Source: Azolla caroliniana
Lineage: Eukaryota; Plantae; Polypodiophyta
NCBI GenBank assembly: GCA_043228905.1
Contig: JBHGNT010000015.1
Span: 5,332,001-5,396,000, forward strand
DNA: 64,000 nt
Direction of reading: 5' to 3'
Shown: in pieces, positions 37,926 through 51,665 of the stretch
How the letters are laid out: each line of letters begins with the position of its first letter
Numbering within the stretch: position 1 is the stretch's first letter
Notes under the pieces: generated by a model
What the model was told of the DNA's origin: nothing
What the model saw: only the letters and a program-made list of their open reading frames with translations
The model's database searches: none
Translations under genes and position numbers: made by a program

Positions 37926-38063
37926 GCGCTTTTCGCGGGTAGAGATTGAACAGTGCAGATCACACGCGCCATTCAAAACGTGTCTTGCGTCGTCCGTGTC
38001 CGCGATCGTGTCCGCGATTTCGTCACGAGGCCTAATTGTGATTTGGTTGCAAATAGAAACGAG

Positions 38064-38385
38064 CATACCATACATACATACCATACATACCATACATACC
38101 ATAGACACATACATACATACCATACATACCATGGACACATACGTACATACCATATATACCATACATACCATAGACACATACATACATACCATACATACCA
38201 TGGACACATACATACATACCATACATACCATAGACACATACATACATACCATACATACCATAGACACATACATACCTAACCATACATACCATGGACACAT
38301 ACATACATACCATACATACCATAGACACATACATACATACCATACATACCATAGACACATACATACCTAACCATACATCCATGCA
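38064..38385. repeat. CATA-based minisatellite (~30-bp unit CATACATACATACCATACATACCATRGACA)
   Basis: About 10 tandem copies visible. Confidence 0.95.
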
Positions 38386-38490
38386 GAGCAAACGAATTGA
38401 CTGAATGAATTCAAGGAAGACGAGACGTCTTCTTCTTCTTCTTCTTCTTCTTCAACGGCTTCTTTTGTTCCTTCCTGTTCACCTCTCACT

Positions 38491-38530
<40 letters not shown>

Positions 38531-38575
38531 GAGCAGAGAGAGCAGAGAGATCTGATCCGATCCTTCCTTTCCTCC

Positions 38576-39577
38576 ATGGTTTTCTCAGAGATCACCACCA
38601 CTTCGACTAGTTCCCGCATCCACCCGCTTTCTCCTTCCTCAGACTGCACCCCTAGCCATCTCCGAACCTCCCACGCCCTACCTTCTCTCTTTCGCCCCAG
38701 ACGATCGCTTCTCAAGAAACCCCAGAACTCTGCGATGCACGCCAAGCTTCCTGTACCCCTAGATATGCCGGAGGCGAAGGAGAACGCGCTGCCGAATGAA
38801 TGTGATGGCGATGGCGATGGCGATGGTGATCAACATCATCTACATCAAGACAGGTATGTTGATCCTTCTCGTGAGAGAGAGAATCTGTCCGAAAGCTTTG
38901 CTTGTTCTCCTTGCAGGCCTGTGGCGGCATCTGAAGAACGAGGACTTGCCCCTCCAGCTATGGTTTCTTTGGAGACATTTGATGAACCAGGAATTATTCC
39001 TCCAGCCGCCGTTTCTTTAGAGGCGTCAGATGGAACGGAACCGTATCAAACAGATAGAATCTCTTTGGAGGAATCAGGAACGCCTCCAACAGATATGGTC
39101 TCAGATGAGGAACCCGGAACTCCTCCAACAGCCATAATATCTTCGGAGATATTTGATAGACCAGGAGCACCTTCAGCGATAGTTCCTTTGGAGGCGATTG
39201 ATGAAGTGCCAGGTACGCCTCGAACAACTATTGCTTCATTAAAGTCATTTGATAACGAACCAGGAACACCTATAGCTATGGTTTCTTTGGAGGCGAGTGA
39301 TGCAGTAACAGGAACAACTCTTCCAGCTATGGTTTCTGAGGAGGTATTTGGTGGATCTAGGGTTACATTGGAGGCATTTGATAAGGAACCAAGAACACCT
39401 TCAGCTATGGTTTCTTTTGAGGCATTTGATGATGAACCAGGAACACCGCCTCCTGCTATGGTTTCTCTCAATTCTTCACCTCCCTCACCGATGGCTCCTA
39501 AGAAAATCTCCACGAACCGAATTGTTCCTTTGGGAAAGCAACGCCCCCGCAAGCTCTCATTTGATGAAGAAAACTGA
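38576..39577 (+). CDS. Intronless, acidic, Pro/Ser-rich tandem-repeat protein of unknown function (333 aa from ATG 38576)
   Basis: Uninterrupted ORF with ~11 repeats of AMVSLEAFDxEPGTPP, preceded by a CTT/CAGA/GA-rich leader typical of 5' UTRs. An upstream in-frame ATG at 38405 runs through microsatellites. Confidence 0.6.
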   Translation: MVFSEITTTSTSSRIHPLSPSSDCTPSHLRTSHALPSLFRPRRSLLKKPQNSAMHAKLPVPLDMPEAKENALPNECDGDGDGDGDQHHLHQDRYVDPSRERENLSESFACSPCRPVAASEERGLAPPAMVSLETFDEPGIIPPAAVSLEASDGTEPYQTDRISLEESGTPPTDMVSDEEPGTPPTAIISSEIFDRPGAPSAIVPLEAIDEVPGTPRTTIASLKSFDNEPGTPIAMVSLEASDAVTGTTLPAMVSEEVFGGSRVTLEAFDKEPRTPSAMVSFEAFDDEPGTPPPAMVSLNSSPPSPMAPKKISTNRIVPLGKQRPRKLSFDEEN

Positions 39578-40030
39578 GATGATGAAAAGACAGATCTGTA
39601 GCTGAATCAACCATAATCATTCCGATCTGCAACAGTATAAAACGACTCCTTCTAGACAGTATCAAACGCCTTCTTCTTCTCTCTACATGTGTTTAAACTC
39701 GCAGTTAGAAAACAGGTAAAACCATGGCATTACTCCACATTACACAAAACAACAGAAACATTCCGTCATGTGCCTCTTTTAAACACCAGGTAAGTTAATC
39801 CAGTCTTGAAAATATTTCTTAATGTATGTACTAATATCTTCGGTTTGCTTCATTATACAATTCCTCACGAGGATCTCAGGTGGACATCCTCAGTCATTGC
39901 GCAAACCATCTACGTCTCTGCAATTCTTTTTTAGTAAATTTTTTACTTCCTGCACAATGTGCAGGATTTGTTTATAACCATGGATAAGCATATATGCATG
40001 TGAGATCTGGAACTGGGATCAAACTGCGCA

Positions 40031-40535
40031 CAGAAAATGAATTCATAATTCCCATTGTTTTGAAATAATGTAAGAATCATGTTTCTTTTGTCCCTTATTT
40101 TCTCTTATTTCTGAGCGGTGTCTTCTCACCTGTAATCCTACCTACCCATTTTGATCAATGTCTTGAATTTCTCTGTCAATGCAAATCGGAATGCTAAGTG
40201 TGTACTGAAAAATCTGCTTAAATTTCCCTGTAATGCAGATCACAGATGCTTAGGTTTTTAATCAGAATTATGCGGTTTCGGCAGAAAATGAATTCATAAT
40301 TCCCATTGTTTTGAAATAATGTAAGAATCATGTTTCTTTTGTCCCTTACTTTCTCATATTTCTGAGCAGTCTCTTTTTCACCTGTGATCCTACCTACCCA
40401 TTTTGATCAATGTCTTGAATTTCTCTGCCAATGCAAATCGGAATGCTAGTTTTTTTACCGAAAACTCTGCTTGAAATTTCCCTGTAATGCGGATCGCGGA
40501 TGCTTAGGTTTTGTTATCAGAATTACGCCGTTTCA
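40031..40535. repeat. ~250-bp direct tandem duplication
   Basis: CAGAAAATGAATTCATAATTCCCATTG... starts at 40031 and 40282 with collinear near-identity. Confidence 0.9.
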
Positions 40536-43500
40536 GTACATATTCTTGTCTGGTTCATCCATCCTCTTTGTAATTTCCTGTTCATCTGTGATTGTTCTTG
40601 TGGGAAAACAGATATAAAACCCTAAGGTTTGCAACTGTGTGTGGACCCTCAACATGTGTATTGGTCGACGAGAACTTATGTTTTAGAACCCTTAACCCTA
40701 CATAGGAAAACAAATACGCTTGCGTTTGATCACAATCTTTCGCAAAATATGGTACCAAACTAACTGTTCATTAACTCACCTCTTTAGACCCTCCTTCACC
40801 TTTTTGTTGCTATCACAAAATGGTCCAATTGAGGTTGAAGGCAGGAAATAGCTTATAGCGTGAATCATGGTCTCTCCTTTTCATTTTGTTGTAGTGTGGT
40901 AAAGGATGCTTCCTATCTCTCGATGTTTTGTTGATACACTTGCCTTGTCATCTCCGTTATTTTCAACTCAAGTGTCATATGTCCCCTTGATATGAGACCT
41001 ATGTCCTCTTGTATGGACTTGCATTCCTGCATTGGGAGCTCGTAGACACAATGATTCATGGGTTTTTGTGATTCAAATTGTGTAAGGCATTTCATCGGGT
41101 TCTTCATAGTTGCATGGAAAGGGTGTGCATCACAATTAATGTGTCAACGGGTTGCCTCCTTATTGCATCTGGAGCTTGACAAAAAACCTTAAAAACAATT
41201 GCGAAGGAATGGGTGGTAGGGGGTAACAAAAGGATGGGCATAGCACCTAACACCAAAGTAGGGGCATTGACTCTATGAGATGCACAAAGATAGGGCAAAC
41301 ATCGCAACTAGTTGTGTAGGTTGTATACAAGGGTAATGTGGTAGAGGATGCCTCCATCGAGAGATATGTACGCATAGTCCATGCTGCCCTCTCCAATGTA
41401 TGATAATGGCATCACCTTGAGATTTTGGAAGATGTTGGCTATGTACTGCCGACATATCCTATGCTCTTATCAACATGCATCCTTGACTTTGTATCCATAC
41501 CTAAATTGCACGAAATTCCAACAATGATTTCAAACACAAAAAACCTTTGGAGCTTCACAAGGTACAAACTATTGCATTCTAGGATGCATGTGTAATTATC
41601 CAAATTCCTCCATGCTTTATTCGTTCCCCCATTTCTTTGTCGTATAAATGTGTGATGATAGGTTTGTAACACATTGATTGCTCCTATCACACGCACAATT
41701 TTGCTAATCGTGTTGTGGATTGTTTTCAAGGGCATTGTACATGAATATCTTGCAACTTTACTTTTGAATGACTATCTCACATATAGTACTAATCCCACAA
41801 CCACAAATTGCCATGTGCTTTTGGTTGGATAAAGGATGTGGATCGTAGTTATGCATACACTACTTGCATTTTAATGATGGGGCTCAACATTTTACACAAT
41901 GATTCGTTGAGAAGTTCACATATAGCAACGTATAGATAAAGAGCAAAATATAGAATGATTTTTAAGTGAATCCCATTGCACATGGATATGACATTAGAAA
42001 CAAGAAAACGGCATGTTTAGAAAGTTCTTTAATAAAAATATGATAAGTAAAAAAGAGAGATGTGATTTGTTTAATGCTCATACGTAAAGACCGTTGGAGT
42101 GTAAAATATTAACGAAATGTGGGACTTACGCCCGTTCAAACTATCAAACAACACATTTTTTAGAATAATTTCCAGTATTCATTACCGGATAAAATGCGAG
42201 TTTTTGTGCATCACTTGCATAGTCCAAGCAAACATATTTGACAAACAAGCAATAGAAAACAATTTAGAGAATTAGAAAATTCCACGTGGATCTTTGGTAT
42301 GGAAGCGTGCAATCATGACAGCAATAGAAAAGCTACACAAAAACAACAAATAGAAAAGTTACAAAAGACGATAGATAGAAAAGTTAGACGAGCTGACAAT
42401 TTACATGATCACATTTCAACGAAATGTTCAAAGCAAGTAAGAGATGACAAAGGAAACAAACAACATAAACCTAAGCTTCGCATGCCTTTCCTCGTATCAA
42501 GGCCTTTGTTTCCAAGGTTGCAATTATATAAACTTTTGAAAAGGGTTGTCTTGCCCTTCGCGATAAGAGGTGATAATAATAATGAACTTTCGAAGAAATG
42601 TGCAAAGTATAAATAATTCTTCACAATAATTCTAGGCCCTTCAAATACATATGATGCCATCTCTAGTTTCTAGCAATTCAACACTAGAAAGTCATGTTGT
42701 AGTTCTCATTCGATTTCTTGCTTCAACATTTTCCTCTCTTTCTAAAGTCAGCAAAACAAATTACTCATTTTTTTATAAGCGGAAAAATACAAGTTTTTTG
42801 TGACTTTATTCTTTCAATGTGAATGATGCATGTTTTTCTTCTCTACCTCAAAAGAAAGGAAATGGGATCTTTACTAATGACATAAGGGTTCTGGAAACAA
42901 ACGATCGCCCTTAAAAGAATTATATGGCACGAGGAGTAACGTTGTCGTAACGATCAATAGTGAGAAGGAACAAGATATCGATGAAAGGAATCACAAGAAT
43001 CGAGACATGGAAAGGTAAGAAAGGTACAAATTATTAAAGGATTGAAATCATTGCACATATATCTAACCGAAATAGAATTTCCTATTTTTCACAAAGAAAA
43101 CATGGACACCATGTAACATGGTTGCCCTTTGGTGAGGCTTATGATGCGATTAAAATGCACGGATTATCTAGAACATTACGTTGTGAGCATTTTCTTTGTT
43201 TTCACTCTTTGAAGAGCACACGAAAAAAAGAGGCACAAGAAATACCCAAGTGTCTTCATGACTAAGGCATGAAGCACGCTTCTAAAGTTTGTACATAAAA
43301 TTTTAATTCATATTATAAGTCAACGTTTGCATGAGGTGGTGTACAGAACATGATGAACATTGGACTGAAAAATTGTAACCTGATTTTAGAGTTTTGATCC
43401 TTGCAAATTGGCCAACTTTAGCAAAAAACCTAATTTCTCTACTATCAACTTATGTTGTACTTTGGCCAATTTTATAGTTTAATATAATGAGAGATTGTAG

Positions 43501-45300
43501 AGAAAATTTTGGAAGGGATTTGAGTTGAACCCTTGGATTCCATTAACTTGTAAGATAGACAGAAGAAGTATAAGACTATGAGAAAGGGTTAGAAACAAGT
43601 ACTAACTTTGAGACATCTTATGTATGCCTTCGATCAACAATGCTCAAGAGCATTCTAGCAAGCAAACCACCTTGGTCCCGCGGTTTATTGTATCTATGTC
43701 TCTGGAGTCTACACACTCTAACCTTTGCTTGGGCCTTGTGTCTTTCTTTCTTGTTCACTTCTCTTACTCCACTTGTAATTTTTGTACCTTGTCCTCCTTT
43801 GATTATAGCTTTCCAATAGCCAAAAATGAAAAGAGAACAAACTCTAATGCAAACTTTTGATTTCCCAAAGCTCCAAAAGCTTCTTGAAAAAACAACTTTC
43901 AATACTGCAAGCATAACTTCACACACACACACTCAAATCCAGGAGTTAGTGCCCTTCAACTTTGTTGTTCAACTCAGAATCTAATTCGATTAGCACATCA
44001 ATTCGGGGATAGAATCACAGGTTTTGGTTTTCGAAGAATAACAGACTTGAAAATTGACATTCATTGGGAGTTCTCGATGCATTTCTCTTGGTCGTAAAAT
44101 CATGAAAACGCAATGAGAAAATGTAACAATGATCCGGATACCTTCCGAGATTGTATGGCAAGTCATATATCGATGATCAAAGGGTGTGTGTAGGTTGGAT
44201 TGACGAAAGTGTGGGATGAAAGAACCTGTTAGGAGCGAGTCGGACGATGGATCGATTCATCAAGCATGCATTCATTATCCATTCATTCATTCATTCACAA
44301 TGAAAGTAAAGTAACCAAACCCTCTTTTCTGGGAGGGGTAGGGGAGACAAAAGGCAAAAAGCAAAAAGCAAAAAGCAAGTAGGAAAAAAGGTCGGAGAAA
44401 AAGCAAATCTGCAACGGTCACAAGAGAAAAATCGGAGAAGAAAATGACAAAAAATAAATCCATAATGAAGAGAGAGGAAAATAAACCCCCCCCCCCCCGA
44501 ATATACCACACACATACCAACGGCACTTTCTCTATCTATCCTTGTCTCAATAAATAAAGAGAATTAATTAAGGAATTAATATTTATATACATATATATTT
44601 TTATGTATATTTAGATAGATTTCCTTTCTTTTTTTCCTTAATGATTTACTATATTATTATAAATTTAATGTTTATAAAAAGAGGGTCTTTATGGTGTTAT
44701 GTATGGATAAAGTCTTTTTAATTAATTATGCGTATCATAGAAAATAATGAGGTTTTTAATCTGCATTCCTATCAATTATATATTAGAAAAAATAAATAAA
44801 TACAGGGTCTGGATTTTTCTGGTAATTTCATGAATTAATCGATTTTACGATGTAATACATCGATAAAAGAAATGAATAAAACATAAGAGTTAAAACTGAG
44901 TTATTATTATTTTTCCGGTGGATTAGTAATCCAAATTCCAATCCAAATTTTATCTAATTTCTGGTCAGGGATCGGCCTTCACATCCACAGAGTTAATTTA
45001 CTTTGTTCTGCTTTCTGGATTACATACTAGTGTTATAATTATTATGATTATTAAGGTATATTGTGAAGGGAGGGAGGGGGTGCAGAGGACCGTTTGATCT
45101 TCGATGGCGTCCGACCGTCTCCTCGCCGTAGGATTTGACGGATTGATTGATTGATTGATTGGATGGATGGATGAATGGATGGATTTCTGTGTTTTGTGGG
45201 CTTTTTCTGCTCTGCTTCTTCTTTCTTTCTGTTCTGTTCTGTTCTTTTCTTTTTTAATCCGATCTCAAGAAAATCCTTTAATTAAATAAATAAATTACAT

Positions 45301-45336
<36 letters not shown>

Positions 45337-45440
45337 TTCTTCAGATGGGGCAGGGCCTACCTACCGTCGGATCCTCCATTCCTGACCGTCGATTCCGCAT
45401 TACTCTGTTTCCTATTCATTTATTACTCGGATAGATTCCT

Positions 45441-45484
<44 letters not shown>

Positions 45485-46278
45485 GTATCTACACACACAG
45501 AAGGCACAGAGAGAAAGAGACAGAGAAAGAGAGAGACAGAGAGAGACAGAACAAAAGAAATGATATAAGGGAGCAGAGTAGCTTTGTAGTACTACTGTAT
45601 GTATTTTTAACCCTTTTTCTCTTCATTAATGATGTAGTAGCCATATCTCTCTCTCTCTCTCTCTCTCTCACTCTCTCTCTCTCTTTCTGTGTCTCTCTGT
45701 GTCTCTGCTTTTTTTCCTTCCTTGCAATTTACAACAGGGTCTTTTGCTACAGAGTCATGACTATTCTCTCTCTCTCTCTCTCTCTCTCTGTACACACAAC
45801 TTTTTGGCCCACATAGTCACTGCATTTTTCTATAGTGGCAGCATTTTTCTGTATTGGTGTTGTTGGTGTTGCCCCCTCTAAAACCAGAAGCCGAAGAGAG
45901 CAAAAAGCCTAAACAAAAAGAAGAAGACACTACTACTACTACTATAAGATACATATAGATAGAAGAAGCTTCTTCTATATGTACATATACATATACATAG
46001 CTGGGCTAGCTAGCTAGATATGTCTTTATTTATGCCTGTTTTTATGTGCAGAATTTCCCCCAAATTGAGTGATTCCCATCTACTACAACCATGCCACTCC
46101 CAAAGAATAAGAAGGAACTAATTGTATCTGTATTATTCATTGCCCTAAAAGAGTAGAATTCTTTCTTCGTCTTCTATCTCCTCTCTGCAGGGCATCATTC
46201 CTTATGCTTTGTAATGCACTACTTGGCATGGAAGTCAAGAAGATTAATAGAAGCTCTGCCACGCATAAATTTTGCTTC

Positions 46279-49200
46279 ATGTGCAGTGATATGCCCCATA
46301 TACCACTTCTCTGTGTCTTCTTCTTCTTATCCATGCATATCCTCACAACATACAAATTGCCTGCTTCTGCCTTAACCCAAGAGGGTAATGAATGTACTTC
46401 CTTTGGTTGTGATTTTATGTATCAAAACATATATGTTTAGGACTGGACTCCATTATATATCTATTAGAATGTTATCACTATCATGTCTATATTTAAAGAA
46501 CTGCAAAGTGTAAGAAAAACAGAGGACCCGATCCAACCAGTTCTGTTTTGCTGTCAATTCTCATGAGAATTGGGTTTTGTTGTGAGGATTTAGTTAGTTT
46601 TCCATCGAAAATCAATGAAACATGCACCTACGATTAAATGTGTTTTGTTTTAATCATGTAGGTGAAGCTCTACTTGCTTTTAAAGATGGATTACATGATT
46701 CACTTGGCATTCTCAACAATTGGAGGTTTTCTGATGAGGATCCATGTCATTGGAAGGGTGTTTCGTGCAACCCGAAGAAGCATGTCATTGGATTGTAAGG
46801 ACAGCAGCATCACGTCTTTTCTTTTAAAAAAAGAACTCCTTTTCCCCCATAAACTTCAGCACCAGTAGGGATAAAGAGATGAACTAAAGACATGTGATGA
46901 TAATTTTCTTTTAATGACAGGAATTTACCGTATAGTAGACTATGGGGCAAAATATCCCCTGTTGTTGGTGAGCTTCATTGGTTACGGCGATTGTAAGCAT
47001 ATCTTCTCTTGCTATAATACTTTTAAACATGTCTATAATGCATTCCTTTTCTTCTAACTCATTTATTTTCCTACCACAGGAGCTTGCATGATAACAATCT
47101 ATATGGAGCCCTCCCAATTGAGATACACAATTGTAGCAAGTTGAAAGCATTGTAAGCATATGTTCATGACCTCCTTAATGGGGATTGTTGTGTTTCATTC
47201 CAATATAGCCCTGGAAACTCTTCTTTTATTTATTATTTTGTCTTAATTTTCTTCCTCCATTTTATCTGATGTCAGATATTTGCAATCTAACTTTCTAAGT
47301 GGCCCTATACCTGAAGAGCTTGGATACTTTCCAAATCTCATTATTTTGTAAGTTGCTTCTTCATTTCTGTCAAAACAGTGTGTTAACAGGTGTTATATTT
47401 CATGGCAAAAGCTACATGTTCCATATAACATTATATGTGTCGTGTTTATATATCTACAGGGATATCTCCGGAAATACCTTCAGTGGTACAATACCATCAT
47501 CACTAGGTGGCCTCAACAAGCTAAAATACTTGTATGTTTTGGGGGAAATAAATGATATCTGCTTAAGGTTCTATATGTATGCATACACTTTGTAATTCTC
47601 AGGGCACATCTAATACAAGAATTGTGACTGTCAGGTTTATCTTGCAATATATAATGATTCTTCATATATGTATGTTTCAAAATTGCTAATTAAATTATGT
47701 CCTAGAGATTCTGAAGTGTATGAACCAATTCCAACTCTATGCATACAAATACAAAGGAATTTTGCTCTGGCTTCTTCTGTCACATTGGATTTTTCACTTT
47801 ACATGCTCTACCACCCACATAACTCCATGTGAGAGCCCAGAGGTCCATTAAGTGCATACAAAATTGTTGCGGGAAATATCATATCAATTTCTACTACATT
47901 CTGATATCGATAATCTTATAGGAAATTGCATCTGAACTGAGGGATACTGAAACGTCATCAGTGTTTGTGTATCTTGACTTTCATGCTTCGACACTTTTCT
48001 CATTGAAAATCGACTGTGTGCAGAAATATTTCAACAAATTTGCTTGTTGGAAAGATACCACAGGATGGAGTCCTTAGAAACTTCTCAAGTGCTTCGTAAG
48101 TGACATGATAACTTTCATTCATGTTCTTTAATGTGTGTAGGTTTGTAAACCCAAGTGCCAAGTGTGTTTATGTATACAAATGCAAAGTGTATTTATGCTT
48201 ATACAAGCTCTAAGTTTATGCGTATACGTGTACAAGTGTAGAATGTATACGTATGCATATCTCCATGTGGATGTATAAGACAATGGAAGTCCCTGCAGGT
48301 TCCTTGGCAATTTAGATCTATGTGGTGATCAATTAAACACAGTTTGTAAGAGTGAGTTGTCAGATTCTTCTAATTTGAAGGATACAAATACCTCTGTTTC
48401 CAAGATAAACTCTGGTAAATTTCTTGTTGCATGTCTCTCTATTATCTAACTTTATGCATTTGTAGATGTCTAACAAGAAAACTAGACTTATATGCAAATT
48501 CGAAATGGTATACCACAGATCATAAACAATCAGCGAGCTATGTCAACAGCCTTCTCATTGGTGCAGTAAGCACAATGGGGTTCTCTTTTGCCTTTGTTCT
48601 TGTATGTTTTGGGGGCTACTTCTTGTATAATAAGAGAGAGGTTAACAGAGAGGATATTTTAAAACCAGTGGTGGTCTCAACAGGTATATTGTCAAGCAAA
48701 AAAACTTTACCATCCTTTTCCAAATGAACAAACCATATGATTTGTCATCTTACATTACATTAATCTGCTCTGTTTGCTCTGTTTGTATTGCAGAATCCAA
48801 GCTCAAGTTAAATATTTTTCATGGGGACCTTCCTTTCTCATCCAAGGAAATTATGAGGAAGATTGAGATGCTAGATGACACTAACGTAATTGGTTGTGGA
48901 GGTTTTGGCACAGTTTATAAACTGGTCATGGATGACCACAATGTGTTTGCAGTAAAAAAGATAGAGAAGCAGGGGAAATTATGTGAACGCATTTTCGAAA
49001 GGGAGTTGGAAATTCTGGGAATACTTAGGCACAGAAATCTTGTTAATTTAAGAGGATATTGCAGTGCTTGTTCTATGAACTTGCTTATTTATGATTTCTT
49101 ACCAAATGGCAATCTGGAGAACTTACTCCATGGTAAGTCTGGCTATGAAAGATTTTCCCTTGCATTACATTTGTGCTTTAATAATAGCTTAATATATATA

Positions 49201-50457
49201 TTTTTTCTTATATATGGAATGAGATGAATTTGAACATACACAATAGCTTAATACGACATGTATATGAATGAGCACATCAAAGAATGCAATGATCCTTCAT
49301 TGGCTTAGGCTTACATTCCATGGCTATGAGGATCTATATGCTGTAAAAGCCGTCTCTTGCATTATATTTGCTTATAGAAAGCAATGAATTGAGTAGGCTT
49401 AAAACTACAATGTAGATGAACATGACAAAAAGAAAGTGATGATCTTAATACTTTTAAGCATATTGTGGTTAGAAGATGGCCCCCATACCTTCTCATATGG
49501 CGTTCTGATTGCATGTGAATGATGGATATATAGATCGAAGGCCAGACATACGTCCTCTCACTTGGGCAGAGCGAGTGGTAATTGCAATTGGGGCAGCTCG
49601 TGGGATTTCTTATTTACACCATGACTGCTGCCCAAGAGTAGTCCATAGGGACATAAAATCAAGCAACATTCTTCTTGATGAGCATCTTGAACCACATGTT
49701 TCTGACTTTGGACTCGCAAAACTATTGGAAGAGGCTGAAACCCCTGCCACAACAGTCCTCGCTGGTACTTTTGGATACCTCGCTCCTGGTAACCTTCATC
49801 ATTCCTCTTTCTAAGTAAATTTTCATGTTATGTGATATCTTATTCTTATCCTCTGTCTTGCATTCTGTTAGTTATGATGCATCCCAGAGAGTAACTAACC
49901 AACTGACTAACTATGCCATGTTTCAGAGTACATGCAAAGTGGTATAGCAACTGAAAAGACAGATGTATACAGCTATGGTGTACTATTGATTGAGTTGATC
50001 TCAGGGAAGAGACCGACAGAATTACCGTATGCAGAGTTAGGCATGAGTTTGGCTGGTTGGGTAAGACCTTTTCTCAGCCAACTTTTACTCTAAATTCTCA
50101 ACCACATACGTACTCATATCTTGATGCCCCATCTAGCATTAATTTTTAATAACTAATCATATGTAGTTACATCATTGGTATGATGATTTGTGTATGAATG
50201 ATTCTGATCAACTTCAAGTGGACTACATACATGTGCAGATGGAAAGGCTCATCAGGGCTAACTCTTATGCCGATGTTCTTGACCCTGCATGTGAGGAAGC
50301 ACCAATGGAGAGCTTGGAAACCTTACTTCTACTTGCAACCTCATGCGTCTCATCATCTCCTGAAGGGAGACCCTCCATGAACAAAGTTGTACAGATTCTT
50401 GAAGCTGATTCAATGTCTCCCTACCCTAGTGATTTCTATGACACTAACTCAGATTAA
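46279..50457 (+). CDS. FEI1: LRR receptor-like kinase, FEI1/FEI2 type (13 exons; start codon uncertain, 46204-46290)
   Basis: Signal peptide, [18 protein letters not shown] cap (46662-46794), 72-bp LRR exons (46921, 47080, 47276, 47460, 48024) and TM helix. [52 protein letters not shown] and C-terminal [13 protein letters not shown] are characteristic of FEI. Confidence 0.9.
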
Positions 50458-51665
50458 AACCACACAATCTAGTAAAACAATTCTTTTATCCCTCTTAAGT
50501 AGATCCTTTTTGCTGTCATTCCATTCATTGCATTGTCAGCTCCCGAGGGAACAGAACACCATAATAGGATAGGAAAAAAACTATTCTTCATAGCTATCTC
50601 TCACTTTAAAAATATGGATTAGAAGAGTGTGGACCGTCAAAGAGAGTCCAACTCATGTATGTCTCAAGTATCCTTAAACCCATTTGTCATATATGCCACC
50701 CATTATTCCAATAATAATTCATTATTATTCTTTTATTGTGTGTAAACGTTTGCTATTTTTTCATTCATCAATGCTCAACTCCATGTTGCCTAGTGTAGTA
50801 ATGCATATTAAAGAGACTTGTTCTGTTCACATGATGCATAGATGATGAATATTCACAATGCAGTAATGCAGAATATAGTGTAGTATATAAACCATTAACA
50901 GAAAGAATAGAGCTAAACCACACTATGCAGCGTTTCATTTACCACTTTGATAAGCACAGTATTGCTATGTCTGCAAGTCAAATTGCAAGTCCTAAACATA
51001 AAGTAACCAGCAATTCTGTCTACGACACATAAGACTCACTATGCAGCATTGAATTACCACTTTGACAAGCATGGTATTGCCATGGCTGCAAGCTAAATTG
51101 CAAGCCCTAAATGTTATATAGTAAGCATTTTGTTGGTCTTCATAACTCAAGGTAGAACAAGCATTTATACCTTAATTTCGTAAATTAATACATAATATAT
51201 CTCTAGCTGATTGCTGCTGGCATGTTTTTTTCTTGTTCCCTCCAATTATTTCTTTCATTGATGCCTCTCAAAAAGTTCAAACAGTATTATCCTGAATAAA
51301 GCAGTAGCCATTTTTTTACTGTTTTGGGGCAGATTAAATTATATATTTTGCTTTCACGAAAAGAATAGTCTATATAAGAAAGAGCTTGTATGGTAGCTGT
51401 ATTATCCTTTTCCATCGATAACACATAGATTGTCTGCATTAATGCAGAATCACAACCAAAACAGACATTTAGCTTACTTACCTTTATATTTTTTGCGTAA
51501 TATCTGGTTGGAACACATTTTGGAATCTAGGAAAGAAACAAAGAATTACATGCAAAGGCCATTTCTCAATGGGAATCTCCGTAAGTTTCAATAGAAATTT
51601 TGGCTATGTAGATTTTTTGAATCTGAGTTTTGAATTTAGGCTTAATTTAAAGACTTTAAGAAAGA

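Larger units (their letters stand above)
17711..38062 (+). mobile_element. Degenerate Mutator-like element (MULE), split by the Gypsy insertion
   Basis: WRKY/FAR1-like SKRYGCSFHFNV..CHSGH (~20090-20265), DSKFNTNQFGLPLY, GIPLWYMI, PNAIVIDK, LLC*FH..KSW, SWIM finger CDCQDFVSKCKH (~36910-36945). The frame is restored across the Gypsy site. Both boundaries are approximate. Confidence 0.78.

Noticed and set aside
37842-38391. His/Thr/Tyr and Met/Val/Cys repeat ORFs
   Set aside because: Translations of the CATA minisatellite in all frames.
40600-44100. Possible decayed hAT or Harbinger transposase on the minus strand
   Set aside because: Only faint hints (VIGAIN, PMKCLTQFESQKPMNHCVYE), with no TIR/TSD or consistent frame, so it cannot be supported without a profile search.
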